A stretch of DNA of 64,000 nucleotides from Actinomycetota bacterium (GTDB lineage Bacteria > Actinomycetota > Actinomycetes > Propionibacteriales > Nocardioidaceae): positions 28,358 to 92,357 of the forward strand of contig JBMOMG010000164.1 of NCBI GenBank assembly GCA_049323155.1, given 5' to 3'. The notes under the pieces were generated by a model, which saw nothing but the letters and a program-made list of their open reading frames with translations, made no database searches and was not told where the DNA came from. Below, piece by piece: positions 19,027-28,518 of this stretch (its first letter is position 1; the number at the start of each line of letters is the position of its first letter). Made by a program: the position numbers and the translations under genes.

Positions 19027-20238
19027 ATGGAGCAGGTCACCATCGGGGTCGATCCCCACAAGCTGTCGGCGACGATCGAGGTCGTCGACCAGCAGGAAGA
19101 GTTGCTTGGTTCTGGTCGGTTCACCACTGACCGAGCCGGCTACAAGGCCATGCGGACCTACGCGAAGGCATGGCCGAACCGGGTCTGGGCGGTTGAGGGC
19201 GCCAACGGTGTCGGACGACCGCTGGCGCAGCGGCTGCTCGAGGACGGCGAGCAGGTGGTCGACGTGCCAGCCAAGCTCGCCGCCCGGATCCGGCTCTTCG
19301 ACACCGGTCACAACCGCAAGACCGACGCCAGGGACGCCCACTCGATCGCGATCGTCGCAGTCCGAACCAAGACCCTGCGGGTGCTGCAGGTCGACGGCGA
19401 GCTCGAGGCGCTGCGTGTGCTCACCGACCGAAGAGAAGCACTCACCCGACGACGGGTCCAAACGGTCGACCGGCTGCAGGCTCTGTTGGCTGAACTCCTG
19501 CCAGGACAGGCCGAACGTGACATCACCACCGGCCAGGCCAAGGCCATGCTTGCGTCGGTCCGGCCGCGTGACGTTGCCGGGAAGACCCGTCGCCGCATCG
19601 CCGCCGACGAGCTCGCCGACCTGATCGCCGTCGAGGTGAAGATCAAGAAGGCGACCGCTGAGGTCAAGGCGATCGTGCTCGCCCGCGGCTCGACGCTGAT
19701 GGACATCCACGGCGTCGGGCCTGTGGTGGCCGCACGGATCCTGGCCGACGTCGGCGACGTTGCTCGCTTCGCCGACCGCAACCGGTTCGCCTCCTGGACC
19801 GGCACCGCGCCCCTCGATGCGTCCTCCGGGGAGCAGAACCGTCACCGGCTGTCGCGGGCGGGGAACCGCCGGATGAACCACATGATCCACATCGCCGCGG
19901 TCACCCAGCTGCGCCTCGACACCGACGGCCGGACCTACTACCGACGCAAACGGACGGAGGGCAAGAAGTCCCTGGAGGCACTGCGCTGTCTCAAGCGCAA
20001 GATCTCCGACGCCATCTATCGACAGCTCGTCGCAGACGCTCAGCGCCTCGCCGGCGCAGACTCTGAGACGGGTCCGGGAGGGCACTGCGGGGCGTCTCAA
20101 GAATCCAGCGCGGTCGACCTGCCCCCGCACATCGACACTTCGGATCAGCCACTTCCCGGACCCGCAGGTCCGACGCTACGCCCGCCATCGACGACCCGGA
20201 AGGCCCGCCGCGACAGAGACCTCGCAGCGACCGGTTGA
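19027..20238 (+). CDS. IS110-family transposase/recombinase (element ends not resolved)
   Basis: MEQVTIGVDPHKLSATIEVVD...VWAVEGANGVGRPLAQRLLEDGEQVVDVPAKLAAR...KTDARDAHSIA is a typical IS110 DEDD N-terminal domain. The C-terminal HGVGPVVAARILADVGDVARF segment is also typical. Confidence 0.9.
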   Translation: MEQVTIGVDPHKLSATIEVVDQQEELLGSGRFTTDRAGYKAMRTYAKAWPNRVWAVEGANGVGRPLAQRLLEDGEQVVDVPAKLAARIRLFDTGHNRKTDARDAHSIAIVAVRTKTLRVLQVDGELEALRVLTDRREALTRRRVQTVDRLQALLAELLPGQAERDITTGQAKAMLASVRPRDVAGKTRRRIAADELADLIAVEVKIKKATAEVKAIVLARGSTLMDIHGVGPVVAARILADVGDVARFADRNRFASWTGTAPLDASSGEQNRHRLSRAGNRRMNHMIHIAAVTQLRLDTDGRTYYRRKRTEGKKSLEALRCLKRKISDAIYRQLVADAQRLAGADSETGPGGHCGASQESSAVDLPPHIDTSDQPLPGPAGPTLRPPSTTRKARRDRDLAATG

Positions 20239-20309
20239 CAACAGAAGGGAGCCGATAGGACGCTGCTTTGGGGCCCGCGACAGATGACCAAGCCTGTCCA
20301 CGGTCGAGG

Positions 20310-21290
20310 CTACGGGTTCGGGAGTCCCGCCTTGATAAGACGCCGCTGCTGCGGCCAGAGGCTGTTCAACCGGGCGTAGGCCTCCGAGGTCACGTCGCCA
20401 GACACGTCGCGCGTCATTCCCTCGAGCACGTCCGCGGTGGACAGGACCGAGGCACGCACGGACTGTTGCAGTACTTCGCGCGACGCACGGACCGGGTCAC
20501 CAGCAACCGACGCGGGACCACGCGGCGAGACCAGGGAGTCGCAGACGGGCCCGGTCACTCCAACGCGCATGGCGCGCCAGGCGAGGGTGACCCTGTCGAT
20601 CGGCTTCTTCGCCTCGTGGAGTGCCGTCATCTCACCATAGAGCCCGGAGCATTCAGCGTCGCTGAAGTCGGTCGGTGAGAGCCAGCGCGAGACAACGCCA
20701 AGCGCGCTGGGCTGGTCGACCAGGGCATGGATGGCGTTTCGTTCAGCCGGCACGTCCTCCCGAGAGCCGCGACGCGGGAGTGAATTGAGGTCGGGAGCCA
20801 GTAGTGGCGTCGGGCTGCGGGAGCTTGTCGCCTGCGCTTCGCGCTGATGCAGTCGCTCGACGTTGCGGCGTGCCGAGTCCACCTGCGCGAACACCAGGTT
20901 CAGGTCGTGCGAGGTCACTGCCTTCTCGGCGCGTTGGCGTAGCCGCGTCCCATGGTCGACGACCCGTCGTCGGATCGACATCTCCAGGACCATCCGGCCG
21001 TACACCGGTGCTCGCGCCGGTGTCGGGCAGAGTTGCATGCAGCCGACGAGGTATGCGCCGTCGGCGAGGAGCGGCGCGGAGGTACGACGATCCCGGAGCT
21101 CGTGGTCGACCGCGGCTGCCGACAGCTCCTGTCCCCGCGCTCCCACAGCGCAGATCGCTTCGTAGGCCTGTCGCTCGGCCGTGCCGTGGAAGTCGCCGGG
21201 CTCCAGCCACTCTCGGACGTCGGCGAAGCGGTCCGGCTCGAGCAGCAGCGCTCCGATGACGGAGCGCTCGGCTGCACGGTCCGGTGTCAT
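20310..21290 (-). CDS. Protein with two tandem DnaB-helicase N-terminal-like domains, no ATPase domain
   Basis: AERSVIGALLLEPDRFADVREWLEPGDFHGTAERQAYEAI is followed by a second copy, AERNAIHALVDQPSALGVVSRWLSPTDFSDAECSGLYGEM. No Walker A. ATGA overlap with the upstream gene. Confidence 0.7.
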   Translation of the reverse strand: MTPDRAAERSVIGALLLEPDRFADVREWLEPGDFHGTAERQAYEAICAVGARGQELSAAAVDHELRDRRTSAPLLADGAYLVGCMQLCPTPARAPVYGRMVLEMSIRRRVVDHGTRLRQRAEKAVTSHDLNLVFAQVDSARRNVERLHQREAQATSSRSPTPLLAPDLNSLPRRGSREDVPAERNAIHALVDQPSALGVVSRWLSPTDFSDAECSGLYGEMTALHEAKKPIDRVTLAWRAMRVGVTGPVCDSLVSPRGPASVAGDPVRASREVLQQSVRASVLSTADVLEGMTRDVSGDVTSEAYARLNSLWPQQRRLIKAGLPNP

Positions 21291-22138
21291 CGCTCCTCGG
21301 TCCTTGCGACCGCTTCGTCGGCGAGTCGCATCCGTCGTTCAGCGTCGGCAAGGAACGAGACAGTCTCGCCGTCCTCGATGGCCACCCAGACCCCGTCGTC
21401 TCCGCGGACCCAGTAGGCCTCGGCGTAGGCAACCGGTGAGCCGGGGAGGTCTCCGAGCATGCGCGCCTCGCCCGACGCGAGCGCTGCCTGCAAGGTCATG
21501 TCATCCATGCCTGTTCTCTCCTTCTGTTGGTTGCGCTCCGCGGCCGCAGCCACGGCCGCTGGGTCAGCACCGAGAGGCTCAACGTGATCGTGGCCTACGA
21601 AGTCGACGAAGGCTGCCTCGTCGTCAACCCGGCGGTCGTCGTACAGGGTCTTGATGCGTTGTTTGTGCTCCCCCTCGCAGGCGATGTTCCAGCCGCCGGC
21701 CCCGACTCTGCGCAGGAACTCCGGCAGCCACCGGCCGTGCCAGTCCGCGGCCGCGGTCAACGGCGCCCCCTTCTCGGTGTAGGCCTCCCGCCAGGCCAGC
21801 CAGAGCGCCGTCAGCTCCTCGACGAGTTCGGGGTGCCGCCACCAGCACAGAGGGATCTGGCGCGCGAGCGGGTAGCGGCCACGGACCCAGCCGACCCAGT
21901 CCGCGAGGGCTTCCCACAGCTTCTCCGCGTCTTCCGGGGACAGCGTGTGCCATACGTACGGCCCGGCGGAACCCAAAGAGATCGAAGCGTCATCCTCCTC
22001 CTGGATCTGCGCCACGACGGCCGAGAGCTGGTAGATCTGCTCATCGTGCAGCGCTGCGACGGAGGCGAGCCCGGGCACCGAGTCGGTGTCCATCAGCTCC
22101 CCGGTCCTCGGGTCCACGATCTCGGGAATCTCGTTCAC
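21287..22138 (-). CDS. DUF4913-like conjugation-associated protein
   Basis: 283 aa, GTGA overlap with the coupling protein gene. Position and sequence type (PLCWWRHPELVEELTALWLAWREAY) match the gene usually found next to the T4CP in actinobacterial ICEs. Confidence 0.55.
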   Translation of the reverse strand: MNEIPEIVDPRTGELMDTDSVPGLASVAALHDEQIYQLSAVVAQIQEEDDASISLGSAGPYVWHTLSPEDAEKLWEALADWVGWVRGRYPLARQIPLCWWRHPELVEELTALWLAWREAYTEKGAPLTAAADWHGRWLPEFLRRVGAGGWNIACEGEHKQRIKTLYDDRRVDDEAAFVDFVGHDHVEPLGADPAAVAAAAERNQQKERTGMDDMTLQAALASGEARMLGDLPGSPVAYAEAYWVRGDDGVWVAIEDGETVSFLADAERRMRLADEAVARTEER

Positions 22139-23877
22139 GAGACCTCCCCGAGCCCGGTCCGCACGGAGGTGACAGGGGCCGGCCCTGCGGACAGCCGCTT
22201 CAGGTCACGGTCGGCGAACCACCGCCGCAGCCGGACTCGAGCCGGCGGAAGGTTCTGGTACAGCACCACGGCCTCGCCGTCGGGGAGCTGCTGGAGCAGG
22301 TGCAGCGGAGCGAGCGACTCGCGTTGCTCCGACGAGCTCTTCGAGCGTCGGCCGTCCGGACCGGTCTGCGACGACCCGAGCGAGACCCTGGTGTGTCCGA
22401 GCAGGTCGGAGAAGTACCGCAGCGTCTCCACGTCCCCAACCCCGGGCAGCAGCATCCGCATCTTCGCGTTGGACACGACCGTGCGGGCGACGTCGCGACC
22501 GCCGAAGAGATGCTCGATCTGAGCGATGTCGTGGTAGGCGAGCAGCAGCTGGACGCCGTTGCCGCGACCGGTCGTGAGCAGGTGCGGCAGCCTCGGGTAG
22601 CGGAACACGTTGCCGGCCTCGTCCAACGCGAGCAACAGACGGGGCCAGACGGGCCCACCCGACTCGGCGGCTTGCTGCTCAGCCTCGTGCACGATCGAGG
22701 AGATCAGGGCGGTGAAGTACGGCGTGAACCTGTCGACCTCGGACTGCGGTGTCACCATCAGCAGCGTTGCGGGCCGCTCCCCGAAGAGGTCCGCTGCCGT
22801 GAAGTCACTGTGTCGACATGACTCGAGGACCGTTGGGCGGTTGTAGGTGTCGGCGAGACCGAAGGCTGTGAACATCACCGAGCCCTTGCCCTCCTCGTGG
22901 ATCCGCCACGTGCTGCGGTACTCGCGCAGGACCTCGACGTAGCCGTGCTCGGCGAGGATCTGCTCCACCTGGTCGCGGGCCAGCTCTCCGTCGTACGCCC
23001 ACTCCACGAATCCCTCGATCCCCCGGCCCGACAAGGCCGCGGCGAGGAGGAGTCCCTTGAGGTACTTCCGCGCCTGGGCATTCCACGGGCGCGACCTCGG
23101 ATCGCCGGTCATTCCGGAGGAGTCGACCAGCCACGCGGCCATCCGGTCCGCGGCGTCCGCGTCGGTGGCGTAGTCGACCGGGGACCACGCCGATTGCTCG
23201 ATGCCCGGTGCCCCACCTGGGGCGATCACCCACACCGGGCCCAGCGCGGAGCGTGCCGCCATCACTGGCAGGAGGTCTTGTGGCTTGGCGGTTGTCATCA
23301 CGACGCTGCCCTGCCACTCGAGCACGTTGGGGATGATCAGCCCGACGGTCTTGCCCGCGCCGTTGGGACCGAACACGACCGAGGAGACGCAGTCTTCTCC
23401 TGCGAGGCAGCGGCCGGTGGACTTGCTGCGGCCGGCGACGAGCCGGTGCGGCCGCGCGGTGGGGTCGTCGGGCACCACCATGGGCCGTTCGTCGCGGCCG
23501 GTGGCCCAGTGTGCGTCGTTGTCCTTCTTCGTACGACGGGCGAGCATCTTCCGCGCTCCGAACACGAGGACACCTACCGACGCAATGAGGAGGCCGACCA
23601 CGGCCCAGAACAGCCACACCGGCGCGAACGGGACCGACCCGCCGGAGGCCGCGGCCCACGCCGTGGATGGGGAGGCTCCGTCGAGCAGTTCGGCCAGGAA
23701 CGTGCTCGCTCCCCCGGTGCCACTGCCGTGCCAGCCACCGCCGGCGACGGACACCGCGACCAGCGCGCTTACCCAGAGCACGGCACCGGAGCTGACGAGC
23801 GCCCCGAGGACGAGGAAGCCCAGCCACAGCCAGGGCTCCTCGTCGATGGAGAAGGCGCGCGACGATGGCTGGCTCAT
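22135..23877 (-). CDS. Type IV coupling protein (VirD4/TraG-like)
   Basis: N-terminal TM helices. Walker A VVFGPNGAGKTVGLIIPN, Walker B-like LLLALDEAGN. Length 580 aa. Confidence 0.85.
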   Translation of the reverse strand: MSQPSSRAFSIDEEPWLWLGFLVLGALVSSGAVLWVSALVAVSVAGGGWHGSGTGGASTFLAELLDGASPSTAWAAASGGSVPFAPVWLFWAVVGLLIASVGVLVFGARKMLARRTKKDNDAHWATGRDERPMVVPDDPTARPHRLVAGRSKSTGRCLAGEDCVSSVVFGPNGAGKTVGLIIPNVLEWQGSVVMTTAKPQDLLPVMAARSALGPVWVIAPGGAPGIEQSAWSPVDYATDADAADRMAAWLVDSSGMTGDPRSRPWNAQARKYLKGLLLAAALSGRGIEGFVEWAYDGELARDQVEQILAEHGYVEVLREYRSTWRIHEEGKGSVMFTAFGLADTYNRPTVLESCRHSDFTAADLFGERPATLLMVTPQSEVDRFTPYFTALISSIVHEAEQQAAESGGPVWPRLLLALDEAGNVFRYPRLPHLLTTGRGNGVQLLLAYHDIAQIEHLFGGRDVARTVVSNAKMRMLLPGVGDVETLRYFSDLLGHTRVSLGSSQTGPDGRRSKSSSEQRESLAPLHLLQQLPDGEAVVLYQNLPPARVRLRRWFADRDLKRLSAGPAPVTSVRTGLGEVS

Positions 23878-25382
23878 CGCATCCTCAGGTCGGTGTCGAT
23901 GATTGACTGCTCAGTGCCGGACAGGACGTGGTCGACGACGAAGGACCGGCGGCCGATCTTCCACAGCCCACGGCCGACCGGCAGCCCCGGCAGCAGGCCG
24001 GCCTCGACGTCGGTGAGACCGAGTGCTGAGGCGGTTGCGGAGACCTGGTCGGTTTCCTGGCCGTAGATGATCCGGGTGGAACAGTCCGCGAGGAGCCCCC
24101 GCGCGAGCGCCACTGCCTCGCTGCCGGCGTCCCCGACGGCGCCGAGGTCGCTGAGCCGGTGCACGACGGCAAGGTTGGAGATCCCCCAGGCCCGGGAAAG
24201 CTTCCAGTGCGCCTGCATCCGGCGCACCAGGGCGGGGACGCGCATCATCCGCCAGGCCTCGTCGTACACCACCAGGCGACGCCCGGAGCCCGGGTCGCTG
24301 ATCGCTGACTCCATCCAAGCCGAAGCGCATGACATCAACAGGGCGATGGCGGTGTCGTCGCCGGCCAGCCGAGAGGTGTCGACAACCTGGATCGGGGCGT
24401 CGAAGTCCAGCGGATGGGTGGTGGGCCCGTCGAAGAGGCCCGCGAGGTCGCCGACGACGAGTCGACGCAGCTCGAGCGTCGCGTCGCGTGAGACCGCAGC
24501 GAGCTCGTCGCCGCCTCGCATGCCGATGGTGTGTGCCATCTCGTCGGTGGGTCGCATCAGGACATCGACGACCTGTGGCAGCACCGGGACGGCCTGCCGG
24601 GTCGCGCTCGCGTCGGCTCGTGAGACCTCGTCGAGCGCGAGATAGAGCGCGTTGCGTTCCACCGGCGTGAGCCTGCGACCGAGCCCGGTCTCCGTGAGTG
24701 CCTGCAACAAGGTGATCCGGCGCGAACGGATCTCGCTGTGCCAGGCGCCGTCGTCGATGTCGTCCGGTCTGCAACCGGCGTCGAGCGGGTTGATGCGGGT
24801 GGGCAGGCCGCGGCCGAGCTGCAAGGGCTCTACGCCGAGCGCTCGTGCGACAACGCCCCACTCCCCCTTGGGGTCGCCGGGGACATAGGTCCGTACGCCG
24901 AACGCTGCAAGCCGGTAGGCCAGAGTCTTCGCCAATGCCGACTTGCCTCGACCGAGCACACCGGCGAGGAGGATATTGGCGTTCGTGATGACCTGCTGCT
25001 GGTAGAGATGCCACGGGTCGTAGACGAACGATGCGCCCGATCCGGCCTCCCGGCCGATGTAGACACCGTCGGAGCCCAGGCCGGTCTCGACGATGAACGG
25101 GTAGATCGCCTGCAGGTTCGCTGTCGTCGCGCGGTGGACCGGCAGCCGCATCGGGAGGAGCACCCGACCGGAGTGCTTGCGGCGGTCGCCACGGGCTGGA
25201 CTGTAGTCGGCTCGCTCGGCCTCTCGACGCTCGCGGGCGAGTTCGCGTCGGCGGGTACGACGGGCACGGCCGGTCAGCGCCCGCTTACCTGAGCTCGTCG
25301 GACGGTTGCCCAGCTCCCACGGCAGTGGGTCGTCGGTGATCCTGCTGGGCCGGGCAGTGACGTTCGGAGGCTCGCCGCTCAT
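23874..25382 (-). CDS. VirB4-like conjugative transfer ATPase
   Basis: Walker A LLAGVLGRGKSALAKTL and Walker B RLVVYDEAWRMM. ATGA overlaps on both sides. Confidence 0.8.
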   Translation of the reverse strand: MSGEPPNVTARPSRITDDPLPWELGNRPTSSGKRALTGRARRTRRRELARERREAERADYSPARGDRRKHSGRVLLPMRLPVHRATTANLQAIYPFIVETGLGSDGVYIGREAGSGASFVYDPWHLYQQQVITNANILLAGVLGRGKSALAKTLAYRLAAFGVRTYVPGDPKGEWGVVARALGVEPLQLGRGLPTRINPLDAGCRPDDIDDGAWHSEIRSRRITLLQALTETGLGRRLTPVERNALYLALDEVSRADASATRQAVPVLPQVVDVLMRPTDEMAHTIGMRGGDELAAVSRDATLELRRLVVGDLAGLFDGPTTHPLDFDAPIQVVDTSRLAGDDTAIALLMSCASAWMESAISDPGSGRRLVVYDEAWRMMRVPALVRRMQAHWKLSRAWGISNLAVVHRLSDLGAVGDAGSEAVALARGLLADCSTRIIYGQETDQVSATASALGLTDVEAGLLPGLPVGRGLWKIGRRSFVVDHVLSGTEQSIIDTDLRMR

Positions 25383-26869
25383 CGGACACCCCGCGCCAGG
25401 GGGAGAGCGCCGGCGATGAACGCCTGGTCCTGTTCGCCGTACACCCGTCGCACCTCGAGCACGCTGCGTACCGCGGCTTGTTCGACCTGGGCGCAGGCGT
25501 CCTCGAGCTCGGCCTCGGTCTCTGCAGTGACAGTGACGTAGCCGGTGAACCGGTACTCAACGTGTCCGTGGACCAGCTCGCGCTCTCGCCGCAGCAGGGC
25601 GGCATGCTCCTCGTCATCGAGGGCGGTCTCGATCTGGCCGAGCTTCTCGCGCTGCGCCTCTTCAGTGAGCTTCTGCACCTTGGCGCTGCGCACCTCACGG
25701 AACGACTGCGACGGCGCGATCGGCTCCGCAGTGACCGAGATGGTCCGGCGTACACCGCCGAGGACCAGCAGCGGGTAGAGCCAAGCAGCCTGAACCTGCA
25801 TCCGTGGCCAGGCCGCGACCCAGTAGACAGCGTGGAAGCCGCTATCCGTCCGGTAGTGCGTGAAGGTCGACCTCGCGGCCATCGGGCCCGCGGCTTGAAG
25901 CTGGACCCCGCGGCCAAGACCGGTCTCCGCCCGCTTGTCGATGCCGTCGGCCGCCGCCGGGTCGAACTGGGTCCTGACCAGCCGCCCGAGATCGCGGGGA
26001 CCGAGCCAGCCCACCACGGTGACGTCGCAACGCCGCAGACCTGCCTCGACCCAGGTGAGCTCGTCGATCAGCACCTTCGCCGTGCCGTCTGGGCCTCCGC
26101 CGGCTGCGCGGATCGCGCGGCGGCAGCGTCGCTCGTCGATGGAGACGACGACGTAGGTCTCGTGCCGGGTGGCCGCAGGGCCGGCCTCGGCGATGAGCTG
26201 CTCGTAGTCGGCCGCGCTCGCTGCGCCACGATGCCCCTTGGCCCGCCACCAGTCGTCGAGCCCGCGGCCGGAGTCCGGGATAGTGCGCTCGAGCCACTGG
26301 ATCGCAGCCAGCCTGGTGCCCTCCTGTCCCAGCTGGGCGAGCAGGGAGCCCCAAGCGGATACGCGCTCCTGCTGGGTGGACCGGTCCGCGAGCGGGTACG
26401 CCGGCGCGACCACCTCGAGCACGGCGGTCCACCGCGGCCCCTGTCTCATCACGGCGACCTCGCGATGCCTGGTGTCGAAGGACCGGATCCGGACCCGGCC
26501 GCCGCTGCCAGGAAGCCTGAGGTCGCGCGGTCCGGACTGTGGGGTGTGCATCGCCCATGGTCCGCCCAGATACGTGCCCTGGTCAGTGATCCGCCCATGG
26601 ACGTAGTTGGCGATCGGTCGTACCCAGTCGACGACCGGTCTGCCCTGGACGGGGAACAGTGCGACGAACGCGAGCGCCATGCAGACGATCGCACCCACGA
26701 GTACCCCGTACGCGGCCGAGCTGAGCAAGCCGAGCAGGAGTGCGGTGACACCCGCTCCGAGCAGCAGGAGCTGCGGCAGTCGCAGGCCTAGCAGGAGTGC
26801 TCGGCGGTCACGCGGACCGAAGGAGTAGGTCGGTTCGGATTCGGCGACAGTGGTCATGGCACCTCTCAT
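25379..26869 (-). CDS. SCO6880-family-like conjugation membrane protein
   Basis: 496 aa with two N-terminal TM helices. Conserved position between the VirB4-like and polytopic membrane genes. Confidence 0.55.
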   Translation of the reverse strand: MRGAMTTVAESEPTYSFGPRDRRALLLGLRLPQLLLLGAGVTALLLGLLSSAAYGVLVGAIVCMALAFVALFPVQGRPVVDWVRPIANYVHGRITDQGTYLGGPWAMHTPQSGPRDLRLPGSGGRVRIRSFDTRHREVAVMRQGPRWTAVLEVVAPAYPLADRSTQQERVSAWGSLLAQLGQEGTRLAAIQWLERTIPDSGRGLDDWWRAKGHRGAASAADYEQLIAEAGPAATRHETYVVVSIDERRCRRAIRAAGGGPDGTAKVLIDELTWVEAGLRRCDVTVVGWLGPRDLGRLVRTQFDPAAADGIDKRAETGLGRGVQLQAAGPMAARSTFTHYRTDSGFHAVYWVAAWPRMQVQAAWLYPLLVLGGVRRTISVTAEPIAPSQSFREVRSAKVQKLTEEAQREKLGQIETALDDEEHAALLRRERELVHGHVEYRFTGYVTVTAETEAELEDACAQVEQAAVRSVLEVRRVYGEQDQAFIAGALPLARGVR

Positions 26870-28230
26870 CTCTGGTCGTCAGCGGTGGGTCCGGGTGATG
26901 TCGGCGGCCTAGACGGTTCGCCTCTGGACTCCGCGACCCCGGCCATGGAATGGCCGGCTCGTTGCCCGGCCTGCTTGCCCGCACGTGCGGCAGCGGTGGC
27001 TGCCGTGGCACCGGCTGCAAGGGCGACTCCGACTGGGCCCGCCGCGGCGGCAGTCGTGGTCCCTCCGGCGGCCGCCCCGGCACCCGCGCCGCCGGCACCG
27101 GCACCTCCGGCCGCGCCTGCCCCGGAGCCGGCGACAGCCGACCCGCCCCCGGCTTGTGGTCCCACCGCCTTCGGCGAGGAGACCGCTTCGGCGCCGCGAG
27201 CCGACGATGCCTTCTGGCCAGCGGCGTACTCCTTGGCCATGTGTCCACGACTGGCGCCAGGCGCATGGACCTGTCTGACCTTGTCGAGCGTTGGCTGCGC
27301 TCCGGCGCGAAGAGTGCCGACCATCTCGCCCGCGAGCTGTGAGTCGGCTGCGAAGTGGACGAGCCTCAGGGTGACCAGTGGCGCGAAGCAGGCACCAGCG
27401 AGCAGCACGACCACACCGACGAAGTCCGAGAGGGACTGGTTGTCGCGCAGCAACAGGCTCATCCCGATGCCGAAGATCACGTAGATCACGGACTTGCAGA
27501 AGACCAGTGCGATGAGCACCTCGGTGGCCTTGCGGGACCAGGACCTGGTGGGGGTCCACAACCAGCCGGCGATGAGCAAGGGTGCGAGCGCCACGACGAC
27601 GAGAATCGCCATCTTGCGCAGCAGGAGCACGACCCACAAGATCACGCCGGCGATCAGGGCGAAGAGCATCAGGATGAGCATCAGGAAGTCCGCGGCGAGG
27701 CCACCGGCCCCACCACCCATGGCCTCGAACTTCAGAGCCATGTCAGTCATCTGGGCCTGGAAGTCTGCTCCGGTCACGGCCACGACTGCGTGTGCGAGCC
27801 AGTCGTCGAGTGCGATGAGCACCTGGGCGAACACGACGTACACGACACCGCCGATGGCGGCGACGGCGACACCAACGGTCGCCCGGGTGAGTGCACGAGG
27901 GTCGCGGCGGAGACCGGCGCTGATCAGGGCGAGGAAGTAGACGAGCACGATGACCGGCACCGCGAGGCCGACGAAGCCGTAGTAGGTGTCGCGGTAGGTC
28001 TCGTCGGCGATCGGGACCCGGGTCGACTCGTCGACGATCTTGGTGATCTGCCCGAACAGCGATGCCAGCCCGTTGACCATGCTCTGGGTCAGCGCGCTCA
28101 GGCTGCTGTCTGCGACCTGCTGGCCGCCGTGACAGACCAAGTTCCACCAGGCGCAGTCAGCGCCCTCCGCGACCGGCTGCGCCGGCAACGGAGTCGACGT
28201 CCACGCTCCCTGGTCGCGGAGGTATGTCAT
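26866..28230 (-). CDS. Polytopic membrane protein (VirB6/TrbL-like role) with Gly/Ala-rich C-terminal tail
   Basis: 454 aa with at least 6 TM helices. The C-terminal low-complexity region is GGSAVAGSGAGAAGGAGAGGAGAGAAAGGTTTAAAAG. Confidence 0.6.
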   Translation of the reverse strand: MTYLRDQGAWTSTPLPAQPVAEGADCAWWNLVCHGGQQVADSSLSALTQSMVNGLASLFGQITKIVDESTRVPIADETYRDTYYGFVGLAVPVIVLVYFLALISAGLRRDPRALTRATVGVAVAAIGGVVYVVFAQVLIALDDWLAHAVVAVTGADFQAQMTDMALKFEAMGGGAGGLAADFLMLILMLFALIAGVILWVVLLLRKMAILVVVALAPLLIAGWLWTPTRSWSRKATEVLIALVFCKSVIYVIFGIGMSLLLRDNQSLSDFVGVVVLLAGACFAPLVTLRLVHFAADSQLAGEMVGTLRAGAQPTLDKVRQVHAPGASRGHMAKEYAAGQKASSARGAEAVSSPKAVGPQAGGGSAVAGSGAGAAGGAGAGGAGAGAAAGGTTTAAAAGPVGVALAAGATAATAAARAGKQAGQRAGHSMAGVAESRGEPSRPPTSPGPTADDQR

Positions 28231-28233
28231 CGA

Positions 28234-28518
28234 TCAGACCTTTGTGCCCAAGTCGTTGAAGAAGTTGACCAGCGCTGGCGCGGCGCCGACGAGCAATGCC
28301 GTGATCGCCGCGACGAGGACGCCGGTCTTGCCCTTGTTAGCGGCGTGGTAGTTGCCGCCGTTGGCGCCGAGGGCCCAGACGATCGCGCTGATCAACAGGG
28401 CCGCGAGCGATCCGAACAGTGCCCAGCCGGCAAGTCCGTCGAGGAGCTGCTGGATGACGTTCCCGCCGGGCAGCTCGCTGGGGTCGGGGGTCACGTTGAC
28501 TCGCTGGACGATCTTCAT
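28234..28518 (-). CDS. Small two-TM membrane protein (pilin-like / DUF6112-like position)
   Basis: 94 aa: LLDGLAGWALFGSLAALLISAIVWALG ... GVLVAAITALLVGAAPALV. It sits between the hydrolase and the membrane protein. Confidence 0.55.
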   Translation of the reverse strand: MKIVQRVNVTPDPSELPGGNVIQQLLDGLAGWALFGSLAALLISAIVWALGANGGNYHAANKGKTGVLVAAITALLVGAAPALVNFFNDLGTKV

